Shown here: positions 21,013 to 30,949 of the stretch, piece by piece
How the letters are laid out: each line of letters starts with the position of its first letter
Position numbering within the stretch: position 1 is the stretch's first letter
Assembly (NCBI GenBank): GCA_963664435.2
Contig: CAXXKM010000002.1
Location: forward strand, 800,001-864,000
Direction of reading: 5' to 3'
Source of the DNA: Longimicrobiales bacterium
GTDB taxonomy: Bacteria; Gemmatimonadota; Gemmatimonadetes; Longimicrobiales; Gaopeijiaceae
Length of the DNA stretch: 64,000 nt
Made by a program: the position numbers and the translations under genes
Notes under the pieces: model-generated
Databases searched by the model: none
What the model saw: the letters and a program-made list of their open reading frames with translations, nothing else
What the model was told of the DNA's origin: nothing

Positions 21013-22150
21013 TCAGTTGGGCATCATCCGTCCCATGGCGGTCATCGGATCCAGCACCTCGTAGCTCCCCCCATCCTCATGGGGGCGCCTCCAAGGAAGA
21101 GCCTCGCTCCCAGGGACAGCACCCAGAACGACGAGTCTGCCCCGGGAAACTCGCCTCGCGGCAGATTGCCTCTTTCGGCGCGAACCCGGTGATACTGCAC
21201 TTCCAGTAAGGGGCGCAGACTCACTGGATCCGAGGTCAGCTGCCGGGCGTAGGCCGCCGTGGCGATGAGCCATCGCGTCGCGCCGGTCACGTGCGCGTCG
21301 TGATCGTAGCGGAAAAAAGTCGTCCGAGCCGGCCGGCCCCATCCGCGCATACTCGGGACGCGTCGCGGATTCCAGCCGCAGATAGGGCTGGTGACGGTTC
21401 GCGTCGTAGCGCATCTCCGCGAGGAGGCTCGTGTATCCGTCGGAGTCTTCGGGAACGCTGCGCGAGGCTTCGGCCAACCCGTAGAGCATCCCCGGGGCGG
21501 CCGGCCCGGAACGACGCAGCACCGCGTTCAGCAGCCTGGTGGTCTCCTCGTGGCCATGGTGTGACTCGGTGACGCGCGCGTGGGAGACGGAGGCTTCCCA
21601 CTCGGTGGCGGCACCGGCCCCCGATGTCCATCTCCGCGTCATCCGGCCCGACCAGGAGTCGGGGCAACCAGCGACAACCCTCCGCCGGCGATCTCCCAGA
21701 GGTTCCAGCTGAGCATCGCCTCGTGAAGGAGCGTGTGCGGATGCCGTTTGTCGATGAAGCCTTCTCCCCAACCGCCGTAGGTGAGCTCACCGCTTCCCAG
21801 GGTCACCCCCTCGAAGTTGAGCGTCGTGCGGAGGACAAGCCCGCGGGACGGGCTCTCCAGGTTCGCCATCAGGGCCGGCTGGGTCAGATACCACTCGGTG
21901 CGGCGAGCTCTCCGCCGTTCCCGTTGTCCGGGCCTCCGGTGGTGACCACGGGAAAGACCTGGCCCATCCCGACGACGTGCCAGTCGCCCAGCGGGAGCCG
22001 GAACATCCGGTGCTGCATCCGGTGTTGCGCTTCGGGCTCCATCGCGTGGTCCATCTGTTGCGCGGGCGCCTGCCGCGGGAGGAGGAGCAGGAAAAGGCCT
22101 GCTGACGTGACGACGGCGCGGGCGGTCGCCACGGGTCGGTGCATGTGCAT
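21013..22150 (-). pseudogene. Fragmented outer-membrane protein with Met/His-rich N-terminus (possibly metal-related)
   Basis: Signal + QQMDHAM; GWGEGFIDKRHPHTLLHE; several frameshifted pieces; pieces recur at 24640-24710, 28628-28680, 43134-43480. Confidence 0.6.
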
Positions 22151-22211
22151 GAGTACCTCGCCATTGGGAAAAACATCCGAGAGAGACGCCCGGGACGGGC
22201 GCTACTGAGGC

Positions 22212-22563
22212 TCAGATGTCGTGGCGAGGCGGAGGGGGATCGACGCTCGATGCGACGATGGAGGGGGCCTGCTGGACGAACGGGCCAGCCTGGAAGGCGA
22301 CCCCGGGGAACGATCGGATGTCAGCTCGGCGCAACGGTTCACCCGAGGTGACGGCGCAGGCCAACATCATCGCGCACTCTCCATGCTCGGAAACTTCGTG
22401 CTGATGGGAGTGGGAAGACTCTCCGCCCGTGGGATGCGGGGCTCCGGGGTGGTGTGCCGTCGGGGCTTCCTGGATCATCGATTCGCCCGTGGCGCAGCGG
22501 ATCGCGGCGACAATGGGACCAAGAGAGGGCCAAGAAGGCGAGGAGGGCGATGGGGCGGTTCAT
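22212..22563 (-). pseudogene. Frameshifted His/Cys-rich secreted protein (metal-associated leader-type)
   Basis: Signal MNRPIALLAFLAL.. plus HHPGAPH..HSHQH..CAMMLAC..PPPR in another frame. Confidence 0.5.
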
Positions 22564-22625
22564 GGGGGAAGATGCGGGGGAGGGGTGGGGGGGACAAGTT
22601 TCCGCCGGGGTCGGGTTCAGCAGCA

Positions 22626-22765
22626 GGGCCGATCTGGACGCGATTGATCACACAGCTGAAGTCTGCGGATATCGAGGTCAGGCACGAAAGCAAGATGGAG
22701 GGCATCGCCCGCTTCGCCCGCATCCACGACCCCGAAGGAAACGCAATCGAGCTTCGGGAGCCTGT
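22626..22765 (+). pseudogene. 3' fragment of the VOC gene
   Basis: QLKSADIEVRHESKMEGIARFARIHDPEGNAIEL matches 16330-16460. Confidence 0.85.
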
Positions 22766-22947
22766 GTCCTTAGAGGCAACCATCGAAACTAGCTTGGGGA
22801 ACTGGACGGGGCCGACTCGTGGCGGTGCACTGCAGGAGTATTTCGGTGCTCTGCGGGAGATGCGGTCCAAATGACTACTTTTCCCGGCGATAAGCCGTCA
22901 CCATGAGCGCATCCGGGCCGCCGTCTGGCTTCGGATGCGCCGCCGCA

Positions 22948-23000
22948 TGTCAATTGCCGTTGAAAACGTCCCGCTTACGGTCATCGAGAATGTCCCACTC
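22948..23000 (+). mobile_element. IS21-family terminal repeat remnant
   Basis: TGTCAATTGCCGTTGAAAACGTCCC..GAGAATGTCCC with internal tandem repeats. Confidence 0.55.
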
Positions 23001-23473
23001 TTGGAGCCGCTCCGCGGAGGAACCGGAGCCATCGGAGCGGGGCGGCTGGCGGATGCCTATGAACACTCGCCGTCCTGGCGGATCGCGAAGCTGCGGCTGA
23101 TGGCGGGGGGATGAGGGGGCCCTTCGGCTCAGTGCCTCCGAAGACGCCCCCTTCCAGGCTCCATCCCCCAAGACGCCAGATCGCGTTCACGGTCCAGCGC
23201 TCGAGGAGCTGCGAGAGATGATGGTTCGTGGGATACTTGAGCCCGGGGGCGGGACCTGGGATCGTCGGTGCCGTAGGGAGGACCGGAGCGAACTACGACA
23301 CCGGCGAAACCAAGCCGGGACGGGCGCTACCGGAGGCTCAGATGTCGTGGCGAATCCTGATTGACATGGCCCGTTGTCTACAGGAATGCTTGTACAAACT
23401 AGGTGTCGCGCTTTGACCCCAGTGCCACGTACATTCCCGATCCTGCCTCGCTAAGTGCGCGTGCGGAAGGCCC

Positions 23474-23824
23474 CTAGCCGTTACAGGGCGTAGCGTAGTT
23501 GTCTAGGAGGTCGCTTTCCTCGGCAAGCCGACTGCTCTTGCTTGAGTTTGTGTGGGCGTGGAAATGCGTGGCCTCGCTTCGCTTGATGCAATAGCCCTTG
23601 TGGTGGCTGTCGGTGTCGGAGCGTTCCTTGAGGTTGCCCTGCCCGATGTAGACGGGGCTCCAAATCGTTGTGCCCCTCTCGTCAACGTGGCTGACGCGTG
23701 TATAGACGTAGTTGCCATCCACATCGCGCATCGACGTTCCTATCGGGTGGATGAAGTAAACGTACCGCGTACCGCTCCTGCCGTACCATTCGCATGTAGG
23801 TGTCTTGTCGGTCATCCTCTTCAT
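23474..23824 (-). CDS. Small GIY-YIG-like hypothetical protein
   Basis: GNYVY..VYIGQGNLKER..EESDL; lower GC than flanks. Confidence 0.65.
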   Translation of the reverse strand: MKRMTDKTPTCEWYGRSGTRYVYFIHPIGTSMRDVDGNYVYTRVSHVDERGTTIWSPVYIGQGNLKERSDTDSHHKGYCIKRSEATHFHAHTNSSKSSRLAEESDLLDNYATPCNG

Positions 23825-24040
23825 CGCTTGTTTGCGCCGTGGCGCGTGGTCCGTTCCAAGTCCCCCACGAACTGGCTGCGTGCCCGTTTTGTCAACCCCT
23901 GGATTGGGACGTCACATCATGGCGTCATCGATGTCAGCGCGTATTACGTTTTCCGGGTATTCGTGAACTTACCGCAGGCGTCACAGGCGACGGTCCACGA
24001 GTCGTTGCCACGGTTGCAGCTCTCGCCGCTGGCTATCCTG

Positions 24041-24490
24041 TGTCAATGGCCATCCAAGATCTGACACTTTTCGGGACGCTCCGTGGAGGGAGCGTAGCGA
24101 CCGGAGCGGGGCGTCCCGGGAGGATCCGATGGGCGGGCATCACTGGGGTCCCGTGTGCTTGGAGCGCTCCGCCGAGACGGCTCGGACGGCGGTCGGATGG
24201 ATGGCCTTGGAGATTTCGGTGTGGCGGCGCATCCGATAGCTGTTGCCCCGGATGTTGACGATGTGACAGCGGTGGAGGAGCCGGTCCAGCAGGGCGGCGG
24301 CCATCACCTCGTCGTGCAAGATCTCGCCCCAGCGCTCGAAGCCCTGGTTCGAGGTCAGCACGGTCGAGGCACGCTCGTAGCGTCGGTTGACGAGCTGGAA
24401 GAAGAGGATCACGCCGCTGCGGGCGACCGGGAGGTAGCCGATCTCGTCCACGACCAGGAGCGCCGGATGGGTCAGGGTCTTGAGGCAGCT
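24041..24490 (-). mobile_element. istB: IS21-family right end with truncated istB ATPase
   Basis: LLVVDEIGYLP..FFQLVNRRYE..LTSN..AALLDRLLH..GNSYRMR; TGTCAATGGCC end at 24041. Confidence 0.88.
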
Positions 24491-24816
24491 GCCTGGACGA
24501 GGAGGCAGTGAGCTACCGGACGAGGAGCCCCCGTCGCGCAGGGATTTCACCTTCTTCTGCGGAGGATTCCGCTACGTCAACTGCGTCCCCCGCATTCCCC
24601 CGCAGGATGGTGGCTAGCTTTTCATGCGCTCTCATCCCGTCTACTCGGTGTGGCCGAGCTCGCCGCCGTCCCCGTTGTCCGGGCCTCCGGTGGTGACCAC
24701 CGGGAAAGGCCGCTGCTCGTTCCGGGAGCCGGTGTTACCTTCGGGGGACACAAGAAAGGCCCGTGATGGAGCCACCCGCCACGGGTCGGGACATCACCCC
24801 TTGCCATCAGGAGGCG

Positions 24817-25134
24817 ATGGCCATGAGTATCAACCGCGAGCAGCGTTCTCCTCTGGAGCCGCGTGACCTCGATTCTCTGCTAAAACAGCTTCGTTTTCGT
24901 CACCGAGAGATTCAAGCCGAGTGGCATGAGCACGACCACGCTCTTGAATTACCCGATTCTCCGCTAGAGCTGGACGACCCTCGGCTAGCTGCTCATGCGC
25001 GGCGGTCGCGAAAGTATCTAGACGAGGTTTCTGAGATCGAAGATCGGATGGAAGCGCTCGAGGCTCGGAGGCAATCCCGGACATCGTCGGGAACCTTACT
25101 GAAATCGGGCGGCGTAGCTACTCATCCAGGCTAA
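24817..25134 (+). CDS. Hypothetical coiled-coil protein
   Basis: RBS aggagg; ORF only. Confidence 0.5.
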   Translation: MAMSINREQRSPLEPRDLDSLLKQLRFRHREIQAEWHEHDHALELPDSPLELDDPRLAAHARRSRKYLDEVSEIEDRMEALEARRQSRTSSGTLLKSGGVATHPG

Positions 25135-25177
25135 CCCTCTCCCGGTAGTTCCCGCAGCCCACTTCTCGACACCGCCA

Positions 25178-25930
25178 TTGAACCTCGCAACTTGGATACA
25201 GACGTTGGCGGCCGTAGTCGGAACATGGCTGACCGTGATGCTCTACTACCGTCCCCAGCGCGAAAGGCTGGGTGTGACCATGACGCTAGGACCCCATGGC
25301 TTTCAAGGCACGGTGGTGAACACGAGCGTGGCGGCCTATGCCGTTCTCACCCGCATCGACTTCACGACAGGTCGCTACAGGAAGCCAGCTCTGTCCAGCG
25401 CGCCATTCCGTGAGGAGGTATCACCGAACGGATTATTCAGATTGCGACAAGAACAGAAAAATCTCCATGTTCTCATCAGGCCAGAAGACAGGGAGCTGAA
25501 GTGGGTGATCGTCCGAACACAACGAGGCAACTCGTTTCGAGCACGGCTCAAGCACGAGAAGCGGGTGTTGTTCAAGAGACAACGCGGGCGATGCGGGAAA
25601 TGTGGCACCGAGTGCTGGTACGCTGACTCGGTTTTTCGGGAGACGGTGACGAAGCAAGAGCAGCACATGGCGTCCCGGTGGGACCTCGTATGCAGTCGAT
25701 GCCGCGAAGACAACGGTGACCCCTTAGCGTTAGAGATGCGCCGGATCCGCGAGCGTCGCGCTGAACGCCGCATTGGTAGCCGATACGGCATCAAGGACAT
25801 TGCATGGAGGATTGGCGGAACGACGAAACGGATTCCGCGTGAAGTAGACAGGCTGCAGGAACGCATCTCCAAACTCGAAGCCGAGAACCGTAGGCTTCGC
25901 GATGACATGAGGACCCTCGCCCTCCTTTAG
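25178..25930 (+). CDS. Hypothetical protein: N-terminal TM, HNH-like zinc knuckle, coiled coil
   Basis: LFKRQRGRCGKCG..LVCSRC..N; catalytic His not evident. Confidence 0.55.
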   Translation: MNLATWIQTLAAVVGTWLTVMLYYRPQRERLGVTMTLGPHGFQGTVVNTSVAAYAVLTRIDFTTGRYRKPALSSAPFREEVSPNGLFRLRQEQKNLHVLIRPEDRELKWVIVRTQRGNSFRARLKHEKRVLFKRQRGRCGKCGTECWYADSVFRETVTKQEQHMASRWDLVCSRCREDNGDPLALEMRRIRERRAERRIGSRYGIKDIAWRIGGTTKRIPREVDRLQERISKLEAENRRLRDDMRTLALL

Positions 25931-26151
25931 ACTCGAGTCAGCGACTTAGTTCCCATCAGAAAGGCCATTCGAGGGCCGGTCGAAGAGAAGGAGCCAAAGT
26001 TGGCGACGACGCCTTGGCAGAGATCGCCGAGCAGACGGAAGGCCATATAGTGCCCTTGATGTCCCTGGACAATAGTCTAGCAACCGTTCTGGGGTACAGG
26101 AGGCTCGGCGAGAACCACTGAGAGGTAGCCTGTACCAGGCCGATCGCACAG

Positions 26152-26378
26152 AGACCACTATTGCTTCGAGCGGGGCGCGCTCAAGGACTCCGGCGGTGAC
26201 GGCTGGGCGGACGTGTGGAAGCGTCACTGCTTCGCGTGGGAGTACAAGGGGAAGCGTGCAATCCTCGGTGCCGCGTTCGATCAGCTTAGGCAGTACGCGC
26301 TCGCCCGGGAGAGCCCGCGCCTGCTGATCGTCTCGGACATGAAGCGTTTCCGGATTCGGACGAACTGGACCAACGATG
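26152..26378 (+). pseudogene. Fragment of the MmeI-like R-M gene N-terminus
   Basis: WKRHCFAWEYKGK..FDQLRQYAL matches 54120-54340. Confidence 0.85.
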
Positions 26379-26457
26379 CTGGCGAGGGTCTTTGGTGCTG
26401 AGTAGATCATGCCTATCATACCAATAGCAGAATGCGCGCACCGATGCGGGTTAGGGC

Positions 26458-27366
26458 GTGCCGAGACGCTTGGAGGATCGACAGCAGGGGGCCGAACCCA
26501 TGGTTGGACAGGATCGAGAACTTGTAGGCCCGGAACCCAGGGATGGCGGCGGGAGTGGCGATCATGCCAATACATGGAAGCAACTGAAAGGCGACACGCT
26601 ACTTGAGGAGGCCAACGCCCTCGCGCTGTACGTCGGACGTCACGGGAAACGGTTGTTCACCGAGGACGCGGGCGACACCACCAATGATCCATGCGATGCG
26701 CTGCTCGCAGCGATCGCAGAGGCCACGTCATCGCCCTCGGCGTCAAGCTGGAAGACGCTGATGCGCACGTACGCAAGCGTCTCAAGCGTGACCTACGAGA
26801 AGCACGGCGTGAACGGGCGTAGCGTCCTCGACACCGCCAATGTTCGACAGTCGCGTCTTTGGAGCGTTTCCCGGTTGGGTGAATGGTGGAGGGGCGCCCA
26901 AAGGTATCGTCCTTTAGTGATCGGGGTCACCTTGTTCTTGGCGGCCTTGGTCGCCCACGCCGCACCACACCTCAGCGCCCAACAATCCGCTGGCTTCGGG
27001 ATGAATCTCTTGCGCGTGCTGAACCCTTTGCTCGTCCCCGCACTTTGGGGAGGTATCGGCGCTTGCACGTTCCTCGCCAAGCACCTCTCGAACAAGCTCT
27101 CTGAGCAGGCGTACGAGCGGGCACGACAGCAGGGGGATATCGTGCGCATCTTCCTCGGCGCGATGATCGGCGTGTTCGCCGTCGTGGTCTTGACGGACTT
27201 CGGTTCGTCGGTCGGAGTGCCGAGTGACACGAACGAGGGCAGCTCGGCTCCGCTCGCGATGGGTGCCGTCGTGATCGCGTTCGCTTCAGGTCTCGCCGTG
27301 AAGCCGATCTATGCCGCCATCGAGAGTCTGGCCAATACGTTGGCGAGTCGGCTCGGCCGCAACTAA
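26458..27366 (+). CDS. Hypothetical membrane protein (4 C-terminal TM), start uncertain
   Basis: LWGGIGAC..RIFLGAMIG..IAFASG membrane motif. Confidence 0.65.
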   Translation: MPRRLEDRQQGAEPMVGQDRELVGPEPRDGGGSGDHANTWKQLKGDTLLEEANALALYVGRHGKRLFTEDAGDTTNDPCDALLAAIAEATSSPSASSWKTLMRTYASVSSVTYEKHGVNGRSVLDTANVRQSRLWSVSRLGEWWRGAQRYRPLVIGVTLFLAALVAHAAPHLSAQQSAGFGMNLLRVLNPLLVPALWGGIGACTFLAKHLSNKLSEQAYERARQQGDIVRIFLGAMIGVFAVVVLTDFGSSVGVPSDTNEGSSAPLAMGAVVIAFASGLAVKPIYAAIESLANTLASRLGRN

Positions 27367-27759
27367 ACGTGGCCGCGAAGCACGCACCCGCCACCGCCTT
27401 CCCGCGCAGGGATCGCCGGTCTGGAAGCGACCCAAGGGGGCGGGGACAGGGGTGCGCAAGCCCACCTATCCCCGAATCCGTACCAGGCCTTCGGATTGGG
27501 GGGTTGCTCCCTGCGCGTCGCCCTGAGAGTCGCAAGAACCAGTTGGCGTCCGTCCCATCAACCGAGAGCCTCACTTGCCGCCCATCATCGACATCGCAAA
27601 ACGTCGAATCGTTGAGCGCCCACAAGATCGCTCTATCGTCGCTCCAGGAAAGCGCCAGCCCTCGCCCCTCCAGCGCCACCTCGAACGCAATCCCCAACTC
27701 GGCCGCCACATACGTCCCGGGGTATCACTCCAACACGTCGGCGGCGAGATCGACGGGCA

Positions 27760-27940
27760 CTAACTCCCTGTGCCGAGGCCGGACCATCCGTACGCATCCG
27801 CCACGGTCATCGCGATCTCGATCGCCAGCTCGGACCCGGAATCGGAGTTCGTCATTGCGAAAACGCCGTCGTCGCCGTCGATGTGCGCCATGAACGTGGA
27901 ACGGCATTCCGAGCCGGCGCCGCGTTCGAAGGCCTGATGG
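27760..27940 (-). pseudogene. C-terminal fragment of a beta-lactamase-like serine hydrolase
   Basis: Manual translation FMAHIDGDDGVFAMTNSDSGSELAIEIAMTVADAYGW. Confidence 0.55.
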
Positions 27941-27996
27941 GTGCCGACTCTGGCTACGAGGCCGTGCGCACCTACATCGACGCGCAGCTCGACTGG

Positions 27997-28482
27997 TCAG
28001 CTACGGTTGATCTGGTGCCAAATGCGCTCTAGATGCTCCTTTGGGTCTTCGGAGGACGTTTCCTCCAACGGAACATCTATCCGGGTCCTTGCCTTGTGCC
28101 AAATCGTTTCCTCGGCCCGGAGACTACGAACAATGGACAGGATGCGTCGCTCGCTCTTCTTGTTCCTTAGGAGCGCCTCTCGCAAATCTCTGAGATCCTT
28201 CCCGCGCTCGGGTAACTCGGAGCTCACAAGTTCCAAGAACCGATCCCGGTACCACTCGCCAGACAGCTTCTTCAGACAGATCGCGATGATGCGCCAGATC
28301 GCGTAGACAAGGCCGAACACACCCAGGAACACCGTGATGGATGGTGCCCCGATCCATTCCCAGCGGGCGTCGGCGAGAGTACTCACGGTAGCCAGGAGCA
28401 GCGGGATCATCAGGTCCAGCCGGTCGCCCCGCTTGCCCTTGATGATGTTCGCCAGATCGTCGTAGATCGCCACTACATGCAC
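27997..28482 (-). CDS. Hypothetical 2-TM protein, probably 5'-truncated
   Basis: Two hydrophobic helices; abuts the IS481 remnant. Confidence 0.5.
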   Translation of the reverse strand: MHVVAIYDDLANIIKGKRGDRLDLMIPLLLATVSTLADARWEWIGAPSITVFLGVFGLVYAIWRIIAICLKKLSGEWYRDRFLELVSSELPERGKDLRDLREALLRNKKSERRILSIVRSLRAEETIWHKARTRIDVPLEETSSEDPKEHLERIWHQINRS

Positions 28483-28494
28483 CCGCTGTGAAGG

Positions 28495-28610
28495 CCAAGA
28501 AGGTTGAAACTAACGCCTGCGGGGCGACCCCTGTTGGTCTGCCGCATACTCGAGGAAGGCCAAGCGCCCGAGGAGGTTGGCCGAGCAGAGGACGTGAGCT
28601 GGCGGACGGG
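28495..28610 (+). mobile_element. IS481-family transposase N-terminal remnant
   Basis: KLTPAGRPLLVCRILEEG..VSWRT resembles the IS481 N-terminal HTH. Confidence 0.6.
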
Positions 28611-28938
28611 AGGTAGATCGCGCGCGGCGACGGCACGGGCGGTCGCCACGGGTCGGTGCATGTGCATGAATACCTCGCATGAGGCAGGATGCCGGTGGCG
28701 GGTGGGTGGGGAGGGGTGGTGCTGGGGTTCGGGTTGGCATCCGGCTAACCGGCGAGGACCTCAAGGGCGGCTTGGGCCGGATTCGAGTTGCGAGCCGGAG
28801 TAGCCCTCGGTGGACCCGCAATTGGCGTCCACGTAGATTGCTCGCCATGCCCGCCGAAGGACACCCGCTTCCAGGTTCCTTTTCCAGGCTCCATCCGGCA
28901 AGACGCCAGATCCCGTCCCGAGCGAAGGATGGTCTCCG

Positions 28939-29814
28939 ATGAGTGAAGGCGTCTCGGCGGCGGCGCGTTTGCTCCATCGCCAACGCCTCCTTCTTTCTCT
29001 CCTGCGCGCCTTTGGGGGAGAGATGCGGGACCGCGACTTCCAGCGCCTCCTGTTCGACTACAGCCGCCGGTGCCGCGAGCGAGGCGTTGACCCACCGTAT
29101 GACTTTGTCGCCCGGGAGTACGGTCCTCGTTCCATTACCGCCGCAGCGGACCGGGACAGGCTCGCGCGACACGGGCTTCTCACCTCCGGTGTCTGGCGTC
29201 TCACCGAGGAAGGGCATCGGCTCGCGGGTAAGCTCGAGAACCGCGATGTGGCCGTTTTCGCGGCCCGTCAAGGGAGGCGAAATGACGCTTCCGGGGCCGG
29301 TGTGGAGGACCAGACCTCAGTCGGCGATCACGACCCCGGCGAAGCTGCCGAAGACAACGGCAGCTCGAACGGCGGCCTTCTCGCAACGATCGGCTACGAG
29401 CGACGAAGCTACGAGGCCTACTTCAACCAGCTGCTCGGGGTGGGAGTCTCGCGTCTCTGCGATGTGCGCCGGAACCCATTCAGTCGGAAATGGGGATTCT
29501 CGAAGCGACTTCTCTCCCAGAGCTGTGAGGAGCTGGGCATCCGGTATGAGCCCTTTCCGGAACTGGGTATCGCATCCAGGCACCGTGCCGGTCTCAGCGA
29601 CCGGGCATCCTACAAACGCCTCTTTGCCCGCTACGAAGCCACAACCCTGCCGCGCTGTAGGGGCGCCGTGGCACGAATCGCCGGATGGATCGACGCGGGA
29701 GAACGAGTGGCGATCACCTGCTATGAACGCGATTCGCGGGACTGTCATCGTTCCCGTCTCGCTGCGGCCATCGTCAAGAGCGCCTCCAGGTCCCTCACGC
29801 CGAGACACCTGTAG
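28939..29814 (+). CDS. DUF488 domain protein with N-terminal extension
   Basis: TIGYE, LCDVRRNPFSRKWGFSK, TCYERD..CHRS. Confidence 0.88.
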   Translation: MSEGVSAAARLLHRQRLLLSLLRAFGGEMRDRDFQRLLFDYSRRCRERGVDPPYDFVAREYGPRSITAAADRDRLARHGLLTSGVWRLTEEGHRLAGKLENRDVAVFAARQGRRNDASGAGVEDQTSVGDHDPGEAAEDNGSSNGGLLATIGYERRSYEAYFNQLLGVGVSRLCDVRRNPFSRKWGFSKRLLSQSCEELGIRYEPFPELGIASRHRAGLSDRASYKRLFARYEATTLPRCRGAVARIAGWIDAGERVAITCYERDSRDCHRSRLAAAIVKSASRSLTPRHL

Positions 29815-29843
29815 GACGGCATAGCCCCCAGCCGACTGATCGC

Positions 29844-30480
29844 TCAGAAGACGAACCCCCGTGTTGCGGTCTTGCCCACATAACTGCCGGTGGGATACCT
29901 GTCCGTGACCCGGTAGACGTTTCCTCCAGCGATAGGATTGTAGGCGTGTAGAACGACCTCCGTGGCAGTTCCTGTCTCCACAAACGTCGGTGCCCATCTG
30001 TCAGGAACCGGGGCGTGCCACGTCCAATTCCCGACGGGTGCGTCCCCGGTCTCCGGTCGCTCGCTACCCGAGACATCCGGGTCGTCGGCCTGCCGTGGAG
30101 GCTCTGAGAGAATCGTATGAACGCTCCAGTCCAAGCCGTGCCAATATGCCCCGAATTCAGCTGCCTCGCGCGACAAGATCGAAGCAGACAGGTAGGACCA
30201 GGGACTCCCGTCACCCTCTATTGCCTCCATGAGCGGGACGGCTCCCGGAGGACGCTTCATCCACTCTCTTTCGAGATTGGGATGCCCGCCTGACGCAACG
30301 GGCAGGGAATCGGTTGGGACCGCCCATATCCTTCCGTTGCCGCCGAGGAATTCCTGATGGACGCATGCGTGCAGGACGAATCCTGACTTGAGCCAAAGGG
30401 TGTCGAAGACACCGAACAGGTCGTTGGCCGGACCGTGGGCCATCGACGCGCTCTCGCCGTGCCACCAGCCCGAGCCCTTG
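29844..30480 (-). pseudogene. Hypothetical protein fragment (now fused to an istB remnant)
   Basis: EAIEGDGSPWSYLSASILSREAAEFGAYWHG looks genuinely coding; the N-terminus is chimeric. Confidence 0.45.
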
Positions 30481-30949
30481 TCGGGGATTTCCTGGCCTTT
30501 ACGGCAGACTGACGAAGGCGATTGACCCGCTTGATGGGAAGGAGAGTGGTCTTCATCGGCCTTGGTGACTCCTCCCCTCGCTGCGTGCTCGTAGCGTCGG
30601 TTGACGAACTGGAAGAATAGCATGGTGCCGCTGCGAGTGACCAGCAGATAGCGGATCTCGTTAACGATCAGGAGTCGCGCCGGTCGCATGCCCGTCGTGA
30701 TCGTAGACGAACATGGAGATGCCGCCCTGGGTGACCGATTCCGGGGTAACCTATGCTGGTGGCCGGGACGGGATAGCGCGCTTGTCCCAACCGCAGTTGG
30801 AGGTTGATGTGGTTCCCGATATCCTGCCTCGCGGCCGAAACCCTAACGTTACGGCATGCGGCATCATGTTTGTATCTTTCTGTGGTCGTTAGAGTTACAG
30901 GATTGTCAGGCCGGATTCCCGCTGTTTGACTCCCGCCGAATCGCGAACC

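Noticed and set aside
16000..30800. Integron cassette array
   Set aside because: No attC-like repeated sites, and the integrases lack evident IntI features; the repeats are gene fragments.
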